Shown: in pieces, positions 49,366 through 60,622 of the stretch
Layout: each line of letters starts with the position of its first letter
Numbering within the stretch: position 1 is the first letter of the stretch
Assembly (NCBI RefSeq): GCF_018977255.1
Contig: NW_024704742.1
Coordinates: 77,750,001-77,814,000, forward strand
Origin: Callorhinchus milii
Lineage: Eukaryota
Direction of reading: 5' to 3'
DNA length: 64,000 nucleotides
Notes under the pieces: model-generated
Database searches by the model: none
Told to the model about the DNA's origin: nothing
What the model saw: only the letters and a program-made list of their open reading frames with translations
Translations under genes and position numbers: made by a program

Positions 49366-49455
49366 CCAGAATCCCTGTGTAATTGTTCATCAATATTTGC
49401 TCTTAGAGGGCAGTAACCTACCTCCACTAACCCATTCTCCCTTGATTCAACTAAG
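49366..49455 (+). other. MPDZ: Candidate stop-containing (poison or decayed) cassette exon: PESLCNCSSIFALRGQ*PTSTNPFSLDSTK
   Basis: Long pyrimidine tract + cccag|, AAG|gtaaat donor; 90 nt, phase 0-0; TAA at 49414-49416; STNPF motif like the neighbouring exons. Confidence 0.5.
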
Positions 49456-50176
49456 GTAAATGTATCATTTCATTTGTGATGGTAGACCCCTTTGAAAGAT
49501 ATTGGTTTCTTCTTTACCATTTAAACATATCTGTTTAGTGGGCATTTTATATTTTGCTTCTTTAAAACTAAACAAATAGAGTATTCATCAACATAAAACT
49601 CCCCAATGAGATGATCAGAACAGCTTGTAATCTTGCATAATTTTCAATTAACAGCAGTTCTCACTAATACACATTGCACGTGAACTTATGTTACGCAGCC
49701 TCATTGCAGAGTGTGGTATCAGTTGTACATTTCTTAGCTTTTAAGTGAAGATACTGTTTTGGGAAATGCAAGTGTGTGCTGAAATTGAAGCAGTTATTGA
49801 GATAAGCTTGATGTTGTCATAGTTTCACTTTGCTCTCCTTAAATTTGGAGTGCAAATAAAAACTTGATTCTGATTCAATAGTAAATAAGTCAGTGCTAGT
49901 TTGAGGAGATTAAAATGAGTCATTCTGGTCCTTAAGGAAGATGAAAAAAATACAATGGAGTGAATGGCCTTTTCTCATTCCTACATTACTTTGTTCTAAT
50001 CAGAAAATGACTCTCTGAACATGTTATGGTGGAGTACAACCCAATCAAAAATGTAGTGCTAACAATTTCTAAGTCGTGTTTTATCTCAGTAAATGTAATA
50101 TATGCACCAGGGATGATAACGTGCCTGCACATGTTTTGATGCAAATGATGAAATGTTGTTTTTGTCTTGGTTTCAG

Positions 50177-50275
50177 AAACGACCTTTGTCTTTCCTGCAG
50201 TCTAACACCTTGCCCGAATGCAGCAGCGGCAATACTAACCCATTTGCTGAATCTTTTCAGACCCGTATTAGCCAG
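50177..50275 (+). CDS. MPDZ: MPDZ cassette exon: KRPLSFLQSNTLPECSSGNTNPFAESFQTRISQ
   Basis: tttcag| acceptor, CAG|gttgga donor; 99 nt; resembles human KSPLPSLLHNLYPKYNFSSTNPFADSLQINADK. Confidence 0.85.
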
Positions 50276-51007
50276 GTTGGATAACGCTTGTGTGTTCTCT
50301 CTTCATTCTGTGCCTTTTAGTATGTCTCTTATTATGAGATTATTCTTTCTAGAAATTAAATTTGTAAACTTGTAAATTAAATAAAGTGCAGAGCTATTGT
50401 TATGTTTTAGTAAAGATTTCTTCTGGGCCATGTATTAATATCTCAACGTGTTGCCTAAACCACTGAATATTATCTTGTCTCTAAAGACTTTAGTCTTGGT
50501 CTGCATGTTCTATTTTCTACATTTCTTTTTGTTTAAAAGAAAATCTGCTTCAGAACCCTTTAAAATCTCAAAATATTGTGTAAATATACTCTGAGGAGGA
50601 GGCACAATGTTAGAACCTGTTCCCTTTTACCTATTAAGATTTTGATTTGAGGGCTCCACTATCTGTTGAATTTGGGCTATCTCAGATTCTTAATGAGAGT
50701 GACCACAATGACCATAACATCACAAAAATTGGTATTGTATTCACCGATATGGACAGTAAAGATAGCTACAAAATGTAGGAAAGCGTTCAATTTACTGATG
50801 GGTCAAACGTGCTTTGAGCAGAAAATATAATCCCTTCAACATAGTAACATTGGTACTGTATTTGGGAAAAGAAAATGTCTTTGTCATAATTATTCAAACA
50901 TAGTTATTCCCTTTTGATTCAGTGTGATTTACTGAATGAGAAAGTTCTGTTGTTATTGGACAGGTCTTCAATATTATTTTTCTTATTGCATTTGTGCATT
51001 TTAATAG

Positions 51008-51091
51008 ACTTCTGCAGCTTCAAATGGTGAGAAGGCCTGCCAAATGCCTTATTATATGACCAAAAAAACATTTTACGAAAATAAATTGAAG
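51008..51091 (+). CDS. MPDZ: Candidate MPDZ cassette exon: TSAASNGEKACQMPYYMTKKTFYENKLK
   Basis: ttttaatag| acceptor, AAG|gttagt donor; 84 nt open, phase 0-0. Confidence 0.6.
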
Positions 51092-51169
51092 GTTAGTGAG
51101 TCACGTTGATGTGGACTGGCAACGATTGATTGTTTTTTGTCATAATTTTTTTCCTCTTTTACTCTCTAT

Positions 51170-51845
51170 TCCTCTTTGAGGGCACTGAGTGTTGGATTGG
51201 TAACTCTTCAGCACCTTGCTAAAGTTACAATTTTTCATATGTGATCCGGCACACAGTGAATGTTAGCAGGGTATTTGACCCTTGTAGTGAATGTGGTTAA
51301 GTTATTTGATCTTGTAGGACCAGGTCCCATCTGATTCCTTCTTATCATTCATGCTTTTCAGCAGAGCTGCTATTCCTTGTAATTTGCATCTTTCTGATAT
51401 GAGTGCCTTATCACGTCTTTGAGACGTCTCAAAGCGCTTCACAGGATATACTGTAAAGTGGATCGACTGTGTGTTGCGTCAGCCAGTTGCGCACAGCAAT
51501 GTCCCACAAACAGACATGGAGTGAGTGACCAATTTTATTTTGGGGGGATATGTTGGACAGCATACTGGGAGAAACTCCTTACATCTTTCATGTCCACCTA
51601 ACAGGTAGATAGGACCTCGGTTTAACATCTCATCCAAAAGAGTAAGTACTTTATAATCATTAGGAATGGAAATCTTAGCTGATTTGTTTTGCCCTTCCCT
51701 GTTCCAGGGTACTAAGTTAACTGTAGCACTCTCATTGAGCTCAGCTAAATTAGCACAGATAGGGAATTGCATCTGTGACTTTCTGGTCTGTATGGTTTGG
51801 TATAACACAAGACAGTGCCTTTACCCACTAGGCTATCAATGAAGA
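51170..51845 (-). mobile_element. Old family Y copy interrupted by a Deu-type SINE (51376-51640, minus)
   Basis: Y end ctggtctgtatgg..gtgcctttacccact; inner SINE ggacctcggtttaacatctcatcc. Confidence 0.6.
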
Positions 51846-52036
51846 TCACATCTTTATGATTTTAATGCAAGAAGTGCTCTACGCAACTAAAAGTGATACA
51901 TTAACACAATGTTTCAGTGTCTACATCAACATGTAGTTTGTTTTTACTTCTTAATAAATCTTTTAAAAAGTTTGCTAACACCTGAGGATGAGGTCTTCTG
52001 GTTTCTATGCAACCATTTGTTTTTGTTTTGTACTAG

Positions 52037-52093
52037 GATTCTGCATATCAAGCTAGAACCTATACGCTCCCTTTCCCAACTAATCCCTTTAAG
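52037..52093 (+). CDS. MPDZ: Candidate MPDZ cassette exon: DSAYQARTYTLPFPTNPFK
   Basis: tttttgttttgtactag| acceptor, AAG|gtttgt donor; 57 nt open, phase 0-0; TNPF motif. Confidence 0.65.
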
Positions 52094-53363
52094 GTTTGTG
52101 GATTCCTGCAGGATTTTGGATGTTAATGATGGTTGGCTATTCCATGTGCTGTAAATGTGTGATTCTTAAAGGTGATGTGAAAAGATTAATTAAATTGGCT
52201 AAGGTGTGTTGTTAGGGTGTCTTTTTGTACAATTAATGTTTCATCGCTAAATTCTAGATCCGAATTAATGTTATTTTATTTAAAAAATGGTAGTTTTATA
52301 CCCAAATCAATTTCCAAAACTAGCAATAGTTTGGCAGTGTGTGTACTTAGTACATAAATTATTCAGTTCCCCTTTCATCTTTGACATGTAATTTTTAAAA
52401 TTTAAACTTCTCAAGAAATTTACAATTAGAATGCCGCCATAATTTGTTCTAATTGAATCCTATATTTAAAACTGTAGTTTGAACAAAATTGTGTTTATTG
52501 TTTAATTTATATGAAGTTTCTTAGTTGAGTCTTAAGATGCTTCCTTGTCCAACCTCTACATTATAAACATAAAATGTATCAGTTAAATGTAAGAATGGGT
52601 AACATTAAGGGTATCGGCTTTCCTTTTGTACTTGTATTTTCTGGGAACTGGGACACTGTCCCTTTAAATGTTCAACACTTATGGTTTTCCCCTACAACTG
52701 ATGTCTGTTTTTGCGGACAAGGGAGACCAACTGTTCATTCCCAATTTCCATGCATTGATGCCTGCTGGAAAGCATATAAGTGAGGACAGAATGAGTAAGT
52801 TTAGATTTCATCCACAAACAAAAAAATTGATTGCACTTTGCTATCTCATTTGACTCATAATGGATGACCATTTCAAAGAGGTAACAGAGCTGGATGCTCT
52901 CCAGAATCTCTTCCAATGTCTTCAGGGAAGGAAAGAAGACATACATTTTGTAATACTCCTTTTACATGAACAAGTATTGCTGAACTTGTAAAGTTTTTAT
53001 GTATACAGAATGACCGAAGACTATATCTGAGATAAGTAACCTGGTAGAATATGCTTTATTTGAAGCATTTTGAGATGTCCTCCCAACGTGAACAATGCTA
53101 CTTTAATATAAATTGTACTGTTTTCCGGTAACTAAATTGGGCAAATATTTTACACTGAAAGTTCTTCCACTACATTCACCTTTCTGTATTCATAGTTTTT
53201 AAAGGTAAACTGTAAAATTCTATGTATTTCATTCTCGAGAGCATTTATAAAACAAGCAAAAGTATTTCACGGAGGTTCCTCAATCATTGCCAATTCATTA
53301 AAAGCAAGTAGGATTAGAAAGAGTCTGGCTATTTAATTATAGGATAGATGACACGGGGTGATA

Positions 53364-53549
53364 TTAATGTTGGGAGGCGGCGGCAGGAGAGCGCGGGGAG
53401 GAGCCTGGGCCTACTTTCAGGTAGTATAAAGCTCGAGGCGGCAGGGAGTTCAGCTCGGGGGGGTGGGGGGAGGGTAGAGCGGGGGAACCGCTGACATCAT
53501 GGTTTAGTTTCAGGAGTGTGCGCGCGCAAAAAAAAAAAAAAAAAAAATC
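53364..53549 (+). promoter_or_regulatory. GC/CpG-rich segment with TATAAA and an A20 tract at the L2 5' end (possible promoter or chimeric leader)
   Basis: tataaa at about 53425, tgacatca at about 53492, cgcgcgc + A20 at 53528-53547 in otherwise CpG-poor DNA. Confidence 0.35.
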
Positions 53550-56500
53550 CTCTGCGCCCACCCTAGGGCTCGCATCAGGGAACACCATGTTCCTGTTGGG
53601 TTGGCTGCCCCAGACCCAGCCTATGGGCTAATGTTGTCTGCCTGACCGCTCGCTCCCGGTCCCCGCGTGCACATTATGGCTGCCGCTCTGACCCTCACCC
53701 CCTCACCCCTCCCTCCCTCCTCCCTTCCCCCAAACATTCCCCCCTCTGCATCTCTCCCGCTCTCTCCTCCTCTCTCTCTGTCCCCCTCGCCTTCTATCCC
53801 CACTTGACCCTCCTACAACCTCCCTCTGCTCCAGCCTGGGAATCCTCCGCCGGGCTCACCGTGGAACTCGGCGTTGGCTGTCCAGCAGCAGCCACTCCAA
53901 CTGCCCCATTCCCCACCACACTCGCCAGCCACCCCGGACACAGACCCAGGGAACCAATCTCTCCTCCCTCATCCCCATCCCCCCCACCCCTGCCTCACAA
54001 TCTGGACCCCCCTCCCCTCCCACACACCTTTCTGTCAACCACATCGGACTACAAAATGTCCGCTCCCTCTGTAATAAGGCCCTGGTCATCAACGAACTCA
54101 TCCTTGATGAGAGCGTTGACATCATGGCCTTAACTGAAACCTGGCTCACCCCAAGTCACATAACATAACATGTAGGAGCAGGAGTAGGCCATTCGGCCCT
54201 TCGAGCCTGCCCCGCCATTCAATCATGGCTGATCTTCTAATCTAACTCCAGCTAATAACCTTAATCCTGCCTTATCCCCATATCCCTTAATCCCTTTTGC
54301 AATAAGAAATATATCTATCTCAGTCTTGAATATGTTCAAGGACTGAGCGTCAACAGCCCTTTGGGGTAATGAGTTCCATACATTCACCACCCTTTGAGTG
54401 AAGACGTTCTTCCTCAACTCAGTGCGAAAGGGCTGGCCTCTGATTTCAAGGTTATGACCCCTGGTTTTAGTTTCTCCAACCAGGGGAAACAATCTCCCAC
54501 TATCTACTCTATTATGCCCTTTGATGATCTTATAGGTTTCTATAAGATCCCCTCTAATTCTTCTATATTCTAGAGAATATCAGCCCAAATTGGTCAGCCT
54601 ATCCTCGTAACTCATCCCCTTCATCCCAGGCACTAACCTAGTAAATCTACGCTGCACCCCCTCCAAGGCAAGTACATCCTTCCTTAAACGAGGAGACCAA
54701 AACTGGACACAGTATTCCAGGTGTGGTCTCACCAGGGCCCTATACAGTTGCAGCAAGACTTCCCTACTCTTATACTCTAATCCTTTCATAATGAATGCTA
54801 ACATACTGTTCGCCTTCCTAATTGCTGCTGCACCTACAGACTAACTTTCTGTGATTGGTGTACAAGGACACCCAAGTCCCTCTGGACGCTAACACATTCC
54901 AATCTCTCCCCTTCTAAAAAAATAACCCCCTCTACTGTTTTTGCTACCTAGGTGGATGACTTCGCACTTCCCTACAGTATACGTCATCTGCCACCTACCT
55001 GCCCAATCAGCTAACCTATCTATGTCTCGCTGCATTTTTCTAATGTCGTCCTCTGTGTTGGCACTTCCTCCTAGTTTTGTGTCATCCGCGAATTAGCTTT
55101 GATGTCCTCATCTTCCCCCTCACGGAGACCACACCACCCGGCTACACCTCCCACCACATCCCTCGCCCCAACCGCTGTGGCGATGGTGTAGCCCTTATCT
55201 CAAGGACACAACTTGCCCTATCCCCCTACTCCTCTGGCTCTTTCCCTTCTTTTGAGCACCTCACCCTCTCCCACCCGTCCCATCTCTCACTCAAACTTCT
55301 CCTCCTCTACCGGCCCCCTAAAACCTCTCCCACCTTCATCTCTGACATTTCTACCCTCCTAACATCTCTCTGTTTCTGCTCTGATCGCCTCATCATCCTG
55401 GGCGACTTCAACTTGCACTTCACCCCCTCCTGCTCCACCTCCTCGGACTTCTCCTCCCTTCTCTCCTCGCTCAACCTCTCCCTGCACATCAACTCCATCA
55501 CTCACATTCACGGCCAACCACTCGATTTGGTGATCACCCAAGGCCTCAGTGTCTTGGATGTCACCATTACCGATAACGCCGTCTTTGATCACCACTTCAT
55601 CTCCTTCACCACCTCCACCCCCCTCCCTACCTCCACCAGACCCACCACCATCTTCTACTGCCCCTGGAAGAAGTTACCCCCACAATTTTTAACCGCTTCC
55701 TTGGAGTCCTCTGAACTCCTCTCCCTCTGGCCTTCAACCCTCACTGACCCCTCTTCTGCTCTCACCCTCCTCCACAACACCCTCTCCTCCACACTCGACA
55801 CTTTTGCCCCCATCACCTCCCGTACTGTCCCTTACTCTCACTCCTCCCCCTGGTTCACCATCCACCTCTGCTCACTGAAGAGCCAGGTGCGGGCCGCTGA
55901 ACGCACCTGCCTCAAATCTGGCCTATAAATCCACCGGCAAATCTGGCTGGACCGCCTCAAAACCTACCGCTCCACTCTATCTAGCCTCGGCCAAGTCGTC
56001 CTTCTACTCCAGGATAATCCTGGAGGCAAAGAACAACCCCAGGCTTCTGTTCTCCACCACATCCGTCCCCCACCGCCACCCCATGCAGGTCATCTCCTCC
56101 AACCTTCACTGCGAGGAGATGCTGGATTTCCTTGAATCCAAAATCAAGGGAATCCGCTCCGCGATCACTGCCCCTTCAACTTCCCCCCACCCCCCACCCC
56201 TTCCCTCCCACACGCCGACTCCTACCCATCCTCCCCTACACACCTTCAAACCCGTTTCCCCACCCTCTGTCACCAACCTCATCCTGTCCTTGAAACCCAC
56301 CACCTGCTCCCTTGACCCCATCCCCACTCCACTCCTTATCTCCCAGCTCCACCTCCTTGCCCCACTTTTCACAGACACCATTAACCTGTCCCTCTCCTCT
56401 GGCTCTGTTCCCATTCCCCTCAAAACTGCCACCATCATTCCCACACTGAAAAAACCCTCCCTTGATGCGTCGCAGCTATCAAGCTACCGGCCCACCTCCA

Positions 56501-57815
56501 ACCTCCCCTTCCTGTCCAAGGTTCTCGAAAGAGTCGTCGCCTCCCAGCTGCGCTCTTTCCTCTCCACCCATTCACTTTTTGAACCCCTCCAGTCGGGTTT
56601 CTGTGCTGCCCATAGCTCCTCCTCAACCTTCAAAGCCCTGTCCTTGAGTGGTTTAGGTCCTACCTCTCCCACCGTCTTCATTTTATCTCCGCTAACGGCT
56701 TTTCCTCCAGCCCCCGCACTGTCTCGTGCTGTGTCCCTCAAGGCTCTGTCCTCGGGCCCCTCCTCTTCACCCTCTATATGCTCTCACTCAGTGACATCAT
56801 CCGCAGACATGGGGTTAACTTCCATATGTATGCGGATGACACCCAACTCTACCTTTCCTCCTCTACCCTCAACTCCACGACCACCGATGTCCTGACAGCT
56901 GCCTGTCCGACATCGAGTCCTGGACGAGAGACAACTTTCTTCAGCTCAACGTGCGAAAAACCGAGGCCCTCCTGATTGGCTCACGTCAGCGCCTCCGCAC
57001 CTCAGGCGCTGACACCATCAGCATCCAGGCCGGACTCTCCACCTCTCAAAGCCAGTCAGGAACCTCGGGGTTCTGTTTGACCCTGAGCTGTCCTTTCTCC
57101 CTCATATCCGCACCACAACTGGCACCGCCTTCCATCACCTCTGGAACATCGCCAGACTACGGCACTACCTCACCCCTCACGCTGCTGAAACCCTGGTCCA
57201 CGCCTTTATCACCTCAAGGCTGGACTACAGGAACTCTCTCCTCGCCGGCCATCCCGGCACCTCCCTCCACAAGCTGCAGGTCATTCAGAACTCTGCAGCT
57301 CGTGTACTGTCCCGCACCAGGCTTCGCGACCACATCACTCCCACCCTCGCTCGCCTCCACTGGCTCCCCATCCCCCAGAGGATTGATTTCAAGATCCTCA
57401 TCCTCACCTACAAGGCCATTCACGGCCTTGCTCCCTCCTACCTCTCCAACCTACTATCCCCTACTTACCTGCCCATACCCTCCGTTCCTCTGGCTCCGGT
57501 CTGCTCCACGTCCCCCGCCCCAACCATCCTACCATCGGTGGTCGGGCCTTCAGCCTCTCAGCCCCGAGGCTCTGGAACTCTATCCCCCAGTGCCTTCGCT
57601 GCCTCCTCCCTCTCCTCCTTCAAGGCCGGTCTCAAAACCTTTCTCTTTGACCGTGCCTTCAGCTCCCCTCTCGACTCTCTACCCCCTCCTCGCTCCCTCC
57701 CTTCCCTGCCCTCACCCTGACCATTTCCCCCCTGCTCGGGTCCTGACCCAACTGTACAGCGCCTTGGGACGTCCTCCCGACGTGAAAGGCGCTCGATAAA
57801 TGCAAACTTCTTGTA
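53550..57815 (+). mobile_element. Near full-length single-ORF L2 LINE (APE endonuclease + RT), disrupted
   Basis: LGILRRAHRGTRR (53836), QNVRSL..ALTETWL (54052), [19 protein letters not shown]2 tail; frameshifts and an internal deletion near 56615. Confidence 0.93.
54158..55099 (-). mobile_element. CR1 LINE 3' fragment inserted antisense into the L2 endonuclease domain
   Basis: FADDTKL at its 5' edge, LYRALVRPHLEYCVQFWSP, (atgtt)n tail. Confidence 0.95.
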
Positions 57816-58745
57816 ATAAATCTCAAATGAATTATTAAAAAAGTATAGTAATTATTAGTTTCAATTATGTGTTTACGTCTAATAAAGTTTATTTTTAGTA
57901 AACAAAGATGTCTTTGGAAGGGACGTAGAAACATCATAACTATTGTCCATTAATATGCATCAAACTGGTTATGCTATTGGGGTGAAGGAGGAAGCAGGGT
58001 GAAAAACAAGACAGTGGACATAGAGAGAGGAAGGGAAGGTGGGAGAGAGAGGTTGAAGAGACAGAGTCAGCAGGTCCCCCCACGTTAACTTGTCACCTAA
58101 TGATGTGCAGTTATGAATATTAAATTAAGACATATTGAATTAATAGGAGACCTCATATTTATTGCTAGTTTTATCTTTCAGTTTAATAACTGGTTCAGTG
58201 TCCAATTACAGTACCTGAGTTAAATAACTTGTAATGTACACTTAGTACCTATTTCAATCTTTTCATATCACCGGTAATGATCACTTATCCATCTGTCTCA
58301 GTTTGCATGATGTGGTTGTTGAGGCAAGAAGGTTCTGCGATAGTGATCTGTAACAGAGTAATACAGCTACCCAGTAAGGTTTCCTGTGAGTATGAAGTGC
58401 TAATTTTTGAACACTTGGTGCTATTGACAACCGTTTTCTTTACTTATCTTGTTCAAATTGTTTGTGTATATCTTTGTGGTGAATTTTTTTTGCAATTTTT
58501 GATTTTTGTGTTTAAATTTACTTTGCATTTTTTAGGGGTTTCTTTGACTCTGAGCATGTTGGAAAGCTCTCCGCATGTGTGTTTGCTTAATCAAATTAAT
58601 GATGGTTTTCCTAGCAATATAATTTCAGTAAAATCTCCAGATTGTTATTCATATCTGGATAATATTCAGGCTTTGGTGATGGTCATCTTAACTTTGCAGT
58701 TAAACTTTTGGTTCTTTGACATTAAGTGATGTGGCAGAACAAGCC

Positions 58746-58814
58746 ATGCTTCCTCGTGCTGTTTCCAGCTTTGGAACTGATAAAGTTGGGGAACTGGGTG
58801 GCTTTGCTCAAGGA
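58746..58814 (+). CDS. MPDZ: Candidate alternative first coding exon: MLPRAVSSFGTDKVGELGGFAQG
   Basis: gccATG context, in-frame upstream TAA at 58701, 23 open codons, phase-0 donor GGA|gtaaga compatible with the exon at 59620. Confidence 0.4.
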
Positions 58815-59619
58815 GTAAGAAACTCATTCGCAAAGTCACTACAAGCAGCTCTTTCCACTCCCGAGTTAATTATTTTATGATTGTATTGATGAAGGTCTGA
58901 GGAATGTCACTTTTTGAACTGGTGCACGGTGTGTGAAATCTCAAGAAAGGAGAGAAAATAACTTTTTTTTGGGTGGCGGGATTAAGGTCTTGCCATCAAA
59001 AGGATAAATATATTGACTTAAAAATCATTCAGGCAAATGAATGATCATGAAATTATTTGTTTCACTATATCAAGTATACAAATACCAAGCTATGCTTACA
59101 AAATAATTGGTCACTTCACTGTAGAAATTTACAGCAGTCCAGGCATTTTTTTCTTTCATGCTTATTTGCTGCTAAAAATTCCTTCAAGCAGACTGAGCAA
59201 CATGGTGTTGAGATAGATTGAAATTGGATGGATGTTTTATACATGTAAAAAGGTCATATCTAGGATATTCTGAATTCATGTGGTTCGAAGATCTAAAGTC
59301 AAATTTGCCGCAAGTGCCTACAGCCAATAATTTACAAGCCACTGTAGATTGCACTTTATAGTCCACCTCTTCAGTGAAATAGATGCACCTGTTCTGCTTC
59401 TATTGAACTTTTTTTCCTGTTTTATTTAAATTGCAACCTAATATGCTTTACTGTGTGCAGTACTTTCTTTTAATTATTTAACCAGATCAGTTCAATACTC
59501 TGCAACATGAGAGTGAACATTGAATGCTCAAATTAATATAATTCCATGGCTCTTTCTCTTATTTCTTGTTTACTTCAACAAAATTTTATCTCACCATATT
59601 TTATTATTTCAACATTCAG

Positions 59620-59809
59620 ACTTCCAGCCAGCCTGATTTTGAGACTGAAATAACGCCAGCACTTAAGGATTCACTACTTGAAGAACCACTCTCTCAGCCA
59701 TCACCGCCTGAACCTGTTCCAGAAGCCAATATTACAGGATCTCTAGAGAAGCTGGGAATGAAGTCGGAGGATCCAACTGAAGAAGAAGATGAATTTGGTT
59801 ACTCCTGGA
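59620..59809 (+). CDS. MPDZ: MPDZ exon preceding PDZ8: TSSQPDFETE...EEEDEFGYSW
   Basis: attcag| acceptor, A|gtatgt donor; 190 nt, phase 0-1; EDEFGYSW motif. Confidence 0.94.
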
Positions 59810-60622
59810 GTATGTATTTTTCTACAGTTTTTTTAAGAAATTCGATGTGGTACGTTGTATAATGTATACATTGTATATATTGCATTGTAGTTTGGTTTGT
59901 TCAAACCATAATAACACTACTAAATTAACATGGAATATTTTACAGAATAGAAGTACTATTGTGTAATGGAACATTTCTAAACTTGCAATGAAAAAAGTTT
60001 ATTTTAATTTATTTTGTACAGCGTTTGGAAACACAATATTTCAGGTTTCTGAAAGTTGCCTGAGTAATTGCTGCTCATTGGTGAATAAAACTAAATTAGT
60101 GAACATCAGCATTCTGGCTCTAATCTGTACATTAACATTTTGTATGGGATGAGTACTTTAAATTGCCTTCTCTGCAGTAACATTTGGTTCTAATTTAGAG
60201 AAGTTAATGACTGGAACAACAACAACAAAATTAGATTTGTATAGACCTTGAGGATTTGCAATGTTTGGTTTGCAAATCCCTTCAAATCTTTTGAGTATTG
60301 CCTTAGAAGGCCTGGGAACATTTAATGTTCTTTATTAACGTTATCAAAGAGAATCTTTAATAGATGACTTTTTTAATAATGTTAACAACCAAACACACAA
60401 TTTTTCATGGGAATCAAGTGTTTGTAGTTTTAGTCATAGAACTACAGCAAGTATTGTTTCAGCTTTTTCTTATTGATTTGCAACAAGTTATACTTTTATA
60501 GCATCAATATTTTGCCTCTGTGTTGCATTAAAATGTCAGATTTTCAACAATTGTGCAATTGGAGCTATACAGGATTAAAACAATAAACAAGTCCCCTCAG
60601 GGATCAGACATTGAGGCTAGTA

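Noticed and set aside
52701..52794. ATG-initiated 31-codon ORF ending at a GTAAGT donor
   Set aside because: The phase-1 donor is incompatible with the next exon (59620, phase 0), the Kozak context is weak and there is no homology. It could only work by skipping to an exon outside the window.
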